A stretch of DNA of 64,000 nt from Candidatus Dormibacteria bacterium (lineage in GTDB: Bacteria > Chloroflexota > Dormibacteria > Aeolococcales > Aeolococcaceae). Shown one piece after another: positions 37,648 through 50,184 of the stretch (position 1 is its first letter; each line of letters opens with the position of its first letter). The DNA lies in assembly GCA_049511615.1 (NCBI GenBank), contig JBEKXW010000001.1, positions 222,052-286,051 on the forward strand, given 5' to 3'. The position numbers were made by a program, and so were the translations under genes. Under the pieces are notes generated by a model, which made no database searches, was not told the DNA's origin, and saw nothing but the letters and a program-made list of their open reading frames with translations.

Positions 37648-37653
37648 TAGAGT
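37648..37653 (+). promoter_or_regulatory. -10-like box TAGAGT, candidate pyr operon promoter upstream of the PyrR loop
   Basis: ggaatgtTAGAGTgcg. It would give a ~110-nt leader containing the PyrR-binding motif. Confidence 0.35.
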
Positions 37654-37678
37654 GCGTGGCGACGGATCCACTTCAAGC

Positions 37679-37704
37679 AGGTCCCGTGAGGCCGGCAAGG
37701 GGAT
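37679..37704 (+). promoter_or_regulatory. candidate PyrR-binding RNA loop in the pyr operon leader
   Basis: AGGUCCCGUGAGGCCGGCAAGGGGAU is close to the PyrR-binding-loop consensus (..GUCCAGAGAGGCU.....AAGG.AU). It lies 66-91 nt upstream of the pyrB ATG, and pyrR is encoded in the same operon. Confidence 0.6.
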
Positions 37705-37769
37705 CGGGACCGGCTGTGCCGGTGCCAGTCCGCGGCCGCCTGACGGGCAGCCGATGGAGGGCATCGCGG

Positions 37770-38696
37770 ATGACGGCGGTCACCAAGACCCGAAGGCTGG
37801 AGCACGTCATCTCCAGCGAGCAGTTCGACCGTGAGTGCCTCGACGACATCTTCGCGCGTGCCGACGGGCTGGCCGGTCACCGGGACACCCGCCTGGCCGG
37901 CCGGATCATGGCGACGCTCTTCTACGAGCCGTCGACGCGCACCCGCCTCAGCTTCGAGTCGGCGATGCTCCGCCTCGGCGGCTCGGTGGTCGGCACCGAG
38001 GCGGCCCGCGAGTTCTCCAGTGCCATCAAGGGCGAGACCCTCGAGGACACCATCCGGATGGTCTCCGCATACGCCGACGTCATCGTCCTCCGCCACGACC
38101 AGGCGGGAGCCGCCGCCCGGGCGGCGACGGTGGCCTCGGTTCCGGTGGTCAACGCCGGCGACGGTCCCGGCGAGCACCCGACCCAGGCGCTGCTCGACCT
38201 CTACACCATCCGCTGCGAGCGCGGCACCGCCGACGGGGTCCACATCGCGTTCTGCGGCGATCTTCGGTTCGGTCGGACCGTCCACTCGCTGGCCCAGCTG
38301 CTGAGCCTCCACCCGGGGGTGCGGATGAGCTTCGTCGCTCCCGCGGTGGTCCAGGTGGGCGCCGGCCTGCAGGCCCGGATGGCCGCGGCCGGCGTCCCGT
38401 TCCGGCTCACCGACCGTCTCGACGACGTGATCGAGTCCGTCGACGTCGTTTACCAGACCCGGGTCCAGAAGGAGCGCTTCACCGATCCCGACGACTTCGA
38501 GGCGGCGCGGCGCGCCATCCGCATCGACGCCGAGGTCATGCGAGCCCTGCCGCAGCAGGCGATCGTCATGCACCCGCTTCCCCGCGTCGACGAGATCGCG
38601 ACCGAGGTGGACGCGGACCCACGCGCCGCCTACTTCCGCCAGGCGCGCAACGGTGTGGCCATCCGCATGGCGCTGCTGGACCTCCTGCTGGGATGA
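37770..38696 (+). CDS. pyrB: aspartate carbamoyltransferase catalytic subunit
   Basis: 'LFYEPSTRTRLSFE', 'HPTQALLD' and 'MHPLPRVDEI'. GGAGGG RBS upstream of ATG 37770; the upstream part of listed ORF 36198-38696 is antisense to the kinase. Confidence 0.93.
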   Translation: MTAVTKTRRLEHVISSEQFDRECLDDIFARADGLAGHRDTRLAGRIMATLFYEPSTRTRLSFESAMLRLGGSVVGTEAAREFSSAIKGETLEDTIRMVSAYADVIVLRHDQAGAAARAATVASVPVVNAGDGPGEHPTQALLDLYTIRCERGTADGVHIAFCGDLRFGRTVHSLAQLLSLHPGVRMSFVAPAVVQVGAGLQARMAAAGVPFRLTDRLDDVIESVDVVYQTRVQKERFTDPDDFEAARRAIRIDAEVMRALPQQAIVMHPLPRVDEIATEVDADPRAAYFRQARNGVAIRMALLDLLLG

Positions 38697-39316
38697 CCCA
38701 GCTCGAGCGCGCCGCGGCGGCGCGGACCGACGAACCCGCGTGGGCGCGCACCCGCGTCCTGGACTGGTCCGAGGTGGGCAGGGTGCTCACCCGGCTGGCT
38801 CACGAGATCGTCGAGGGACACCCCGGTGACCTCGACCGGGTGGTGATCGCCGCCATCCGCGAGGGCGGCGTCCCCGTGGCCCGCGGGCTCTGTGCCCACC
38901 TTCGCGCCATCTCCGGCAACGAGCCGACGCTGGTGGCGCTGGATGTCAGCGGCTTCCGGGACGACCGCCCACGCCAGCCCGGCCTCGACGGCTCCTGGCA
39001 GCGGATCCGCCCGGAGGCCGGGCGGAAGCGGAGCGGCCCCGCGCCCTCGCCCGAGGGGGCGGTGGTGATCCTCGTCGACGACGTGATCCAGACCGGGCGG
39101 ACCATGCGCGCCGCCTTCGATGCGGTCGCGTCGCAGGGCCGGCCGGCGGCGATCGAGATGGGGGTGCTCGTCGACCGCGGTGGCCGCGAGGTGCCGGTCC
39201 GGCCCAACTACGTCGGCAAGAACCTTCCCGTCGCCGCCTCGGAGTGGGTGGAGATCGCGCTGGACGCCGGCCCGGATCCGGACGGGAGAGGCGTCTTCCT
39301 GGTGCCCCGCCCATGA
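38693..39316 (+). CDS. pyrR: bifunctional pyr operon regulator / uracil phosphoribosyltransferase PyrR
   Basis: 'VVIAAIREGGVPVA', 'VVILVDDVIQTGRTMRAA' (PRPP motif) and 'VLVDRGGREVPVRPNYVGKN'. ATGA overlap with pyrB. Confidence 0.9.
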   Translation: MTQLERAAAARTDEPAWARTRVLDWSEVGRVLTRLAHEIVEGHPGDLDRVVIAAIREGGVPVARGLCAHLRAISGNEPTLVALDVSGFRDDRPRQPGLDGSWQRIRPEAGRKRSGPAPSPEGAVVILVDDVIQTGRTMRAAFDAVASQGRPAAIEMGVLVDRGGREVPVRPNYVGKNLPVAASEWVEIALDAGPDPDGRGVFLVPRP

Positions 39317-40660
39317 ACTGCATCCTCCGCGGCGTCCGGGTCATCGACCCCCTCGGCCGCCGTGACGCCGCCGGTCAGGACGTCTGGCTCAGCGAGGGCC
39401 GGATCATCGCCATCTACAAGCACATGGGGGAGGGGAATCTCCCCGTCATCGACCTGACCCCGCCCGCCGGCGGCACCCCGGTCATCCTCTGCCCCGGCTT
39501 CATCGACATCCACACCCACCTGCGGGAGCCGGGCGACGAGGGTGCCGAAACCCTCCACAGCGGCTCGCAGGCGGCCGCGGCCGGGGGTTTCACCCAGGTC
39601 GTGGCCATGGCCAACACGGTGCCTCCCATCGACAGCCCGGAGCGGGTCAAGGAGGCCACCTTCCGTGCCGTCGCCGCCTCGGTGCAGGTCCTGACCGGGT
39701 GCGCCCTGACCAAGGGGCTGCAGGGCGAGGAGCTGGTCGACATGGAGGCCTGCGCGGCCGCCGGTGCCGCCGCCTTCAGCGACGACGGGCGCAACGCCTT
39801 CTCGCCGCGGTTGCTGAGCGAGGCGATCGGGCGGGGAGCGGCTCTCGGCCGCCCGGTACTGATCCACCCGGAGGACGAGGAGATCATCGCCCAGGTCAAC
39901 AAGGTCCAGGGGCCGGTCCAGCGCTGTTCGCTGCGCCCGGTGGAGGCCGAGACCCGGGCGGTGGACTACGCGCTGCGTGCCCTCGCCCACGCCGGGAAGG
40001 GCCACGTCCACCTTCAGCACGTGTCCGCGGCTGCCAGCGTCGAGATGCTCCGGCGTGCCAAGGAGGGGGGCGCCAACGTCACCGCCGAGGCCACCCCCCA
40101 CCACCTCGGCATGTGGCTCCCCTTCGCCACCGTGCCTCACCCGCCGGGGCTGGTCAAGGTCAACCCCCCGCTGCGGACGGACCAGGACCGGGAGGCGCTC
40201 GTCCAGGCGCTCCGCGACGGCGTGATCGACGCGGTGGCGACCGACCATGCCCCTCATCGGGTCGAGGAGAAGGCCCTGCCCTATGACCGGGCGGCCCCGG
40301 GGATGATCGGCCTGGAGCTGGCACTCGCGGTCTGCCTCACCCTCGGCGGGATGGGCGGCGACTGGATCTCCACCCTGGTCGACCGGCTCACCATCGGCCC
40401 CTATCGGGTGCTCGGGCACTCGTCCGGGATTCGTGAGCCCCGGCTTCGCATCGGCGAGGCCGCCACCTGCGTCCTCTTCGACCCGGCGGCCGAATGGACG
40501 GTGGAGCCGGCGCACCTTCGCTCCGGCTCCCAGAACACCCCCCTGCTCGGGGCGCGGCTGCGCGGGCGGGTGCTGATGACCCTGGTCGACGGCGCCCTGG
40601 TCCATCACGACCGTCAGCGCCTGCCCTGGCCGGCGGCCGCCGTGGGCGCGGAGGCGGCCC

Positions 40661-40668
<8 letters not shown>
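39313..40668 (+). CDS. pyrC: dihydroorotase
   Basis: 'PGFIDIHTHLREPG', 'VHLQHVS', 'TAEATPHHL' and 'AVATDHAPH'. ATGA overlap with pyrR. Confidence 0.92.
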
Positions 40669-45261
<4,593 letters not shown>

Positions 45262-45265
<4 letters not shown>

Positions 45266-46107
45266 GCGCCCCCCTCTCCGACCTGGGCCGGGCCCTGGAC
45301 GAGACCGGGGAGGTGATCGCCGTCGAGCGGCTGACCGGCGGGCTGGTGGAGGTCACGGTCCGGCTGTCACACCTCGCGTCCACGGCCCGTCCCGGCGAGT
45401 TCGCCCAGCTCCGTGCCTGGGACGGGGTGGAGCCGCTGCTGCGCCGTCCCTTCAGCGTGGCGTGGACCGAGGGAGAGTCGTGCGCCTTCGTGCTGGAGGC
45501 GGTCGGGGTGGGCACCCGGCTCCTGGTCGCGCTCCGGCCCGGCGATCGCCTGCACGCCCTCGGACCGCTCGGCAACGGCTTCGGCCTCGACCCCGCGCCT
45601 GCGCGTGCGGTGATCGTCAGCGGTGGCCTCGGCTGCGCCCCATTCCCGCTCCTCGTCCGAGAGCTGCGCCGGAGCGGGTGCGGGGAGGTGGTCGTGCTGA
45701 GCGGGGCCGCCACCGCGGACCGTCTCTACCCGGCGGAGCGCTTCCGCCGCGGCGACGGTGCGATCCGGGTGGTCGAGACCACCGACGACGGCAGCCGGGG
45801 ACGGCGGGGGCTGGTGACCGAGCTGGTGACCAGCGTCTGCGACGCCGAGGCGGCCGTCTACGCCTGCGGCCCCAATCCGATGCTGGCGGCCCTCGCCGAG
45901 ACGCTGGACCGCCTGCCTCGGCCGCCGCTGCGCGCCGAGGTCTCCCTGGAGGCGCCGATGGGCTGCGGCTTCGGCACCTGCCTGGGGTGCGCCCTCCCGG
46001 CGGCGGGGGGCGAGTGGTTCCTCTGCTGCCGCCGGGGACCGGTGATGGAGGTCTCCCAGGTGGATTGGCCCGGGCTGCTCGCCCTCCCCCCGGCGCACGT
46101 GGCGTGA
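45262..46107 (+). CDS. pyrK: dihydroorotate dehydrogenase electron-transfer subunit
   Basis: FAD/NAD-binding 'RRPFSV' and 'GGLGCAPF'. C-terminal 2Fe-2S 'CGFGTCLGCA...CC'. GTGA overlap with the carAB stop. Confidence 0.88.
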
Positions 46108-47096
46108 GCGCTCTTGGACCTCCGCACCCGCCCGCAGCGGCCTCCTGCGACCTCAGTGTCGACCTCGGGCGCGGCCTCGTTCTGCCCAATCCGGTGGGAC
46201 TGGCGAGCGGCACCGCCGGCTACGGCTTCGAGCTCCGCCAGCTCATCGACCTCGAACGCCTCGGCGCCCTCTTCACCAAGGGGACGACCCTCCACGCCCG
46301 GGACGGCAACCCGCCCCCACGGGTCGCCGAGGTCCGCGGCGGCATGCTCAACTCCATCGGGCTGCACAACCCCGGGGTGGATCACGTCGCCATGGTGTAC
46401 GGGCCCGAATTCGCCCGCTGGAGGATCCCGGTGGTGATCAACGTCGCCGGTGGGAATGTCGACGACTACCTCCGCTGCCTGGACCGTCTCGACGCCGCCG
46501 ACGGCGTGGCCGGCTACGAGCTGAACATCTCCTGCCCCAACATCGCCAACGGCCTCGACTTCGGCCGCGACCCCGCTGCCGCCGCCCGGCTGGTGGCCGC
46601 CGCCCGGGCGCGCACCGCGCGTCACCTCATGGTCAAGCTGAGCCCCAACGTCACCGACATCGCCGCGGTCGCGCGCGCGGTGGAGGAGGCCGGCGCCGAC
46701 TCCGTCTCGGCGGTCAACACCTATGTCGGCATGAAGATTCACCGGGGCATCCGGGCACCGGTGCTTCCCGGCCGCGGCACGGGCGGCCTGAGCGGACCGG
46801 TGCTCAAGCCGCTGGCCCTGGCGGCGGTGGCCCAGGTGCGCGCCGCGGTGAGCATCCCGGTGGTCGGGGTCGGCGGCATCATGGATGCCGGCGACGCGCT
46901 GGAGTTCCTGATCGCCGGCGCCGTGGCGGTCCAGGTCGGAACCGCGACCTTCGTCAATCCCGCCGCCGCCCTCGACGTCCTGGACGGCCTGGTCGCGCTC
47001 GCCGAGCGGGACGGGACGGCGTGGGGCGGCAGCCGGCGCGGCGGGGACCGGCCGGCCGTGCCCCCTGCAGGGATCGAACCTGCGTCAACCGGTTAA
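46104..47096 (+). CDS. pyrD: dihydroorotate dehydrogenase catalytic subunit (class 1B)
   Basis: 'LPNPVGLASGTAGYG', 'GMLNSIGLHNPG', 'YELNISCPN', 'VKLSPNV' and 'GGLSGPVLKP'. GTGA overlap with pyrK. The last ~13 codons overlap the antisense tRNA-Lys. Confidence 0.88.
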   Translation: MSALGPPHPPAAASCDLSVDLGRGLVLPNPVGLASGTAGYGFELRQLIDLERLGALFTKGTTLHARDGNPPPRVAEVRGGMLNSIGLHNPGVDHVAMVYGPEFARWRIPVVINVAGGNVDDYLRCLDRLDAADGVAGYELNISCPNIANGLDFGRDPAAAARLVAAARARTARHLMVKLSPNVTDIAAVARAVEEAGADSVSAVNTYVGMKIHRGIRAPVLPGRGTGGLSGPVLKPLALAAVAQVRAAVSIPVVGVGGIMDAGDALEFLIAGAVAVQVGTATFVNPAAALDVLDGLVALAERDGTAWGGSRRGGDRPAVPPAGIEPASTG

Positions 47097-47129
47097 AAGC
47101 CGGCTGCTCTGCCGTTGAGCTAAGGGGGC
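47059..47129 (-). tRNA. tRNA-Lys (anticodon UUU), no encoded CCA
   Basis: Reverse complement is GCCCCCTTAGCTCAACGGCAGAGCAGCCGGCTTTTAACCGGTTGACGCAGGTTCGATCCCTGCAGGGGGCA. It folds as a cloverleaf: 7-bp acceptor, D stem GCTC/GAGC, anticodon loop CTTTTAA, T arm GCAGG-TTCGATC-CCTGC. Confidence 0.93.
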
Positions 47130-47141
47130 GGCTCGGACCGC

Positions 47142-47147
47142 ATTATG
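47142..47147 (-). promoter_or_regulatory. -10-like box CATAAT, 12 nt upstream of the tRNA-Lys 5' end
   Basis: The minus strand reads ggcgggCATAATgcggtccgagcc, followed by the tRNA. Confidence 0.4.
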
Positions 47148-47249
47148 CCCGCCGTCTCTGCGGGCACCGGAGGGAGCCGGCCCGGGCGAGCGACGGCGGG
47201 AGCGGCCGCGACCCTCACGGCCACCAACCCGGCCGGCGCATCGATGTCG

Positions 47250-47255
47250 CAACAT
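47250..47255 (+). promoter_or_regulatory. -10-like box CAACAT, 7 nt upstream of plsC GTG (leaderless candidate)
   Basis: tcgCAACATctcgggcGTG. Confidence 0.3.
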
Positions 47256-47262
47256 CTCGGGC

Positions 47263-48021
47263 GTGCCCGCCCCCGTCCGCGGCTTCCCGGACCGCTTCCC
47301 GGTTCGCCACGACGGCCGCCGGCCCTGGCGCTACCGGGTGGCGGCGGGATTCACTCGCCTCTGCCTGCGCCTGCTCTTCGTCCACCGCCTCGATCTCGCG
47401 GGCGCCAAGGGCCTGCCCGCAGAGGGTCCGCTGCTCATCGCCTCCAACCACATCAGCAACTGGGACCCGCTGATCATCGGCTCCTTCTTCCCGGGAACCC
47501 TCTTCGCGATGGCCAAGCGGGGGCTGTTCCGGCCTCCACCGGTGGCGTGGCTGCTGGCGGGCTGCAACTGCTTCCCAGTGGAGCGGGGCACCGCCGACCG
47601 GAGGGCGCTCCGGATCAGTCTCGACCTCCTGCGGGACCGCCGGTGCCTGCTCCTCTTCGTGGAGGGCCACCGTTCCCGCGGCCGCGGCATGGGCCCGGCC
47701 GGAGCCGGGGCCGGCTTCCTGGTCCGGCACACCCAGGTCCCGGCCCTGCCGGTCGCGATCTGGGGCACCGAGCAGGTGCTGCGCCGGACCGGCGGGCCGC
47801 TGCCCCGCCGGGGACACATCCGGGTCCGCTTCGGCCGGCCGGTGACCGTCTCGGGGCGCTCCGACCAGGAGATCGCCGACGCGATCGCCGCCGAGGTGGC
47901 GGCGCTGCTGCCGCCCCGCCACCGGGGCCTCCACGGACGCCCGTCCGGCCCTGGGACGGCCTCGGCCGCTACCCCCGCGACACCCCGTCGCCGCCCTTCT
48001 CGGCGCTCTCCAGGCAGGTGA
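47263..48021 (+). CDS. plsC: 1-acyl-sn-glycerol-3-phosphate acyltransferase family (LPLAT)
   Basis: 'IASNHISNWDPL' (HX4D), 'FPVERG' and 'LLFVEGHRS' motifs. Confidence 0.85.
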   Translation: MPAPVRGFPDRFPVRHDGRRPWRYRVAAGFTRLCLRLLFVHRLDLAGAKGLPAEGPLLIASNHISNWDPLIIGSFFPGTLFAMAKRGLFRPPPVAWLLAGCNCFPVERGTADRRALRISLDLLRDRRCLLLFVEGHRSRGRGMGPAGAGAGFLVRHTQVPALPVAIWGTEQVLRRTGGPLPRRGHIRVRFGRPVTVSGRSDQEIADAIAAEVAALLPPRHRGLHGRPSGPGTASAATPATPRRRPSRRSPGR

Positions 48022-48487
48022 ACGAGACCACCTCCTTGGTGTCCGGGGCGATGTCGAAGCGGACGATCGCCGTCTGGCTGAGCACCGTCTCGACCCGACC
48101 GGTGGCGCCGACCGGGTAGTTGCCGATCAGGGTGCCCGTCCGCGGGCGCGTGTTCTGGATCAGCACCACCCGCTCCCCGACGGCGAACGGTGGTGGTGGC
48201 TCCTCCCGGGCGCTGGGTGGACGTCCCGGCTGAGGCCGGACGGGTGGAGGGAGCACCGGACCGACCACGACATCCACGACATCCACGACATCCACGACGT
48301 CCACGACATCCACCTCCTCCTCGTCGTCCACGTGGGCGATGGCGTCGTCGGGAAGCTCGACGTCGACGACGTCCGGGAGCTCGGCGTCGGGAACGTCGTG
48401 AACCTCACCGACGACCAGCTCCAGGTCGTCGTCGCCGGCGTCCGGGTCCAGGTCGGAGGGTTCGTCGTCGAGATCGTCGCCGGGCAT
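47969..48487 (-). CDS. hypothetical acidic repeat protein with small C-terminal beta-rich domain
   Basis: N-terminal half is Asp/Glu/Val-rich with 'VDVVDVVDVVDVVDVV'. Pro-rich spacer, then 'FAVGERVVLIQNT...GATGRVETVLSQTAIVRFD'. Its 3' end overlaps the plsC 3' end by 53 nt. Confidence 0.5.
   Translation of the reverse strand: MPGDDLDDEPSDLDPDAGDDDLELVVGEVHDVPDAELPDVVDVELPDDAIAHVDDEEEVDVVDVVDVVDVVDVVVGPVLPPPVRPQPGRPPSAREEPPPPFAVGERVVLIQNTRPRTGTLIGNYPVGATGRVETVLSQTAIVRFDIAPDTKEVVSFTCLESAEKGGDGVSRG
48264..48314. repeat. 9-bp tandem repeat (CACGACATC x5, one variant) inside the acidic protein gene
   Basis: gaccacgacatccacgacatccacgacatccacgacgtccacgacatccac; encodes (VDV)n on the minus strand. 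Confidence 0.85.
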
Positions 48488-48599
48488 GGTCCCTCTCAGC
48501 TGGAGGATGTGCTGCTGACCCTGCGAGGATACTGCCTGACCGGGCCCGTACCGCCACCGTCGGACGAGGTGCCCGGCGGGGACGGTGCTCGGCTCAGCC

Positions 48600-48605
48600 T
48601 AGAAT
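48600..48605 (+). promoter_or_regulatory. -10-like box TAGAAT, 7 nt upstream of the GT2 ATG (leaderless candidate)
   Basis: agccTAGAATcggcccgATG; no SD. Confidence 0.45.
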
Positions 48606-48612
48606 CGGCCCG

Positions 48613-50136
48613 ATGGCGGTGCGCACCTGGACCTCACTGTCCCCCCACGCCCAGCAGCGCGCTCTCGAGATCGCCCCGGGTGCCCTCACCTGGACGGTGC
48701 TGCTCGTCCCCCTGATCGTCGCCTTCGCCATCCGCTTCAACGACCCCGCCGACCTCTGGATCCTCGAGCTGGGTGCGGTGCTGCTCGACGCCTACTGGTT
48801 CCTCCGCACCGCGGTCACCGTGTTCTGGGTGTGGCGCTCGCTGAGCGAGCTGCGCCGCGTGGAGGCGGGAGACTGGTGGGCCGAGTGCCAGCGACTGGCG
48901 ACGCCGGAGGGCACCCCCGGTCCCAACGACATCACCCACTGCGCCCTCATCCCCACCTACACGGAGCGCTACGAGGTGCTCCGCGCCACCGTCGAGGCGC
49001 TCGCGAACCAGCGATACCCGGACCAGCTCAAGGTCTGCGCGATCATCACCCGGGCCACCGACACCGCCGGCTGCGACAACGTGGTGCGGCTGCGCCGCGA
49101 GCTCGGCCACCGCTTCCGCGCCTTCATCCACATCAAGGACCCGCTGCTGCCCGGCATCGTGGTGGGCAAGTCGGCGGCGATGTCCTACGGCGGGCCGGTG
49201 CTGCGCCGACACTGCGACGAGCTCGGCCTCGATCCGGCTCGGACCCTGGTCACCGATCTGGACTCCGACTTCCGCCTCCACCCCCAGTACTTCGCATACA
49301 TCACCTGGAACTTCCTGCACGTCGACCGGCCCCTGACCTCGATCTGGCAGCCCGTGCCGGTCTTCCTCAACAACCTGTGGCGGGTCCCGGCGGCGGTGCG
49401 GGTGATGGCGACGGCGGCGACCCAGTGGCAGATGTTCCTTCACCAGCACCCCGACCGGCTGGTGATGTTCTCGTCGTACACGATGCCGATGAAGCTCGTG
49501 AGCGAGGTCGGCTACTGGGACAGCGACGTCATCCCCGAGGACTCCCGATTCTTCTGGAAGGCCTTCTTCCACTACGGCGCCGAGCTCCAGGTGCGGCCCG
49601 CCTTCCTGCCCGTGTTCGGAGACGCCCCCCGGGCCAGCGACTACGCCTCCACCCATGCCAGCCAGTACAACCAGATCAAGCGCTGGGCCTGGGGGGCGAC
49701 CGACGTGCCCTACGTCTGCACCCGGTTGCTCAGTCACCCCGAGATCCCCTGGCGGCTGCGCGCCCGCCGCTTCCGCTATCTGATGTTCAACCACCTCACC
49801 TGGGCGACGCTGCCCCTGCTCCTTCCCATCGGGGGCTCGCTGCCCGCGCTCATCGACCTCGACTACAGCCTCTCCCCCGCGGCGACGGCGCTCGGCCTGC
49901 TGACCACGGTGATCCTCACCATGACCCTGCTCAACACCCTGGTCCTCATCGTGGTGGACCGCGCCGTGTGCCCCAAGCCCGCCGAGTGGGGGCGGTGGCG
50001 CCGCCTCTACGCCGACGTCCAGCTCTTCCTCTACCCGGTGGTGGGGCTCGCCCTCTCGGTGATCCCCGCGTTGGAGGCGCAGACCCGCCTGATGTTCGGC
50101 GCCTACCTCGAGTACAGGGTCACCGCCAAGGAGTGA
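48613..50136 (+). CDS. membrane-embedded family-2 glycosyltransferase with processive-synthase motifs
   Basis: N- and C-terminal TM helices flank a GT-A domain. Motifs: 'LIPTYTE', 'VTDLDSDF' (DxD), 'IPEDSRFFW' (ED) and 'QYNQIKRWAWG' (QxxRW). Confidence 0.8.
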   Translation: MAVRTWTSLSPHAQQRALEIAPGALTWTVLLVPLIVAFAIRFNDPADLWILELGAVLLDAYWFLRTAVTVFWVWRSLSELRRVEAGDWWAECQRLATPEGTPGPNDITHCALIPTYTERYEVLRATVEALANQRYPDQLKVCAIITRATDTAGCDNVVRLRRELGHRFRAFIHIKDPLLPGIVVGKSAAMSYGGPVLRRHCDELGLDPARTLVTDLDSDFRLHPQYFAYITWNFLHVDRPLTSIWQPVPVFLNNLWRVPAAVRVMATAATQWQMFLHQHPDRLVMFSSYTMPMKLVSEVGYWDSDVIPEDSRFFWKAFFHYGAELQVRPAFLPVFGDAPRASDYASTHASQYNQIKRWAWGATDVPYVCTRLLSHPEIPWRLRARRFRYLMFNHLTWATLPLLLPIGGSLPALIDLDYSLSPAATALGLLTTVILTMTLLNTLVLIVVDRAVCPKPAEWGRWRRLYADVQLFLYPVVGLALSVIPALEAQTRLMFGAYLEYRVTAKE

Positions 50137-50184
50137 GCGGCACGCCGCCCCCCTCCCCGGCGGCGGAGCCGCGCTCAGACCCGG

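Noticed and set aside
36198-37769. 5' two-thirds of listed ORF 36198-38696
   Set aside because: It is antisense to the histidine kinase. Only the part from ATG 37770, which has a GGAGGG RBS, is pyrB.
47059-47262. tRNA-Lys as an integration hotspot for a mobile element
   Set aside because: There is no integrase, no duplicated tRNA 3' segment and no compositional break on either side. The flanks are pyrD and plsC.
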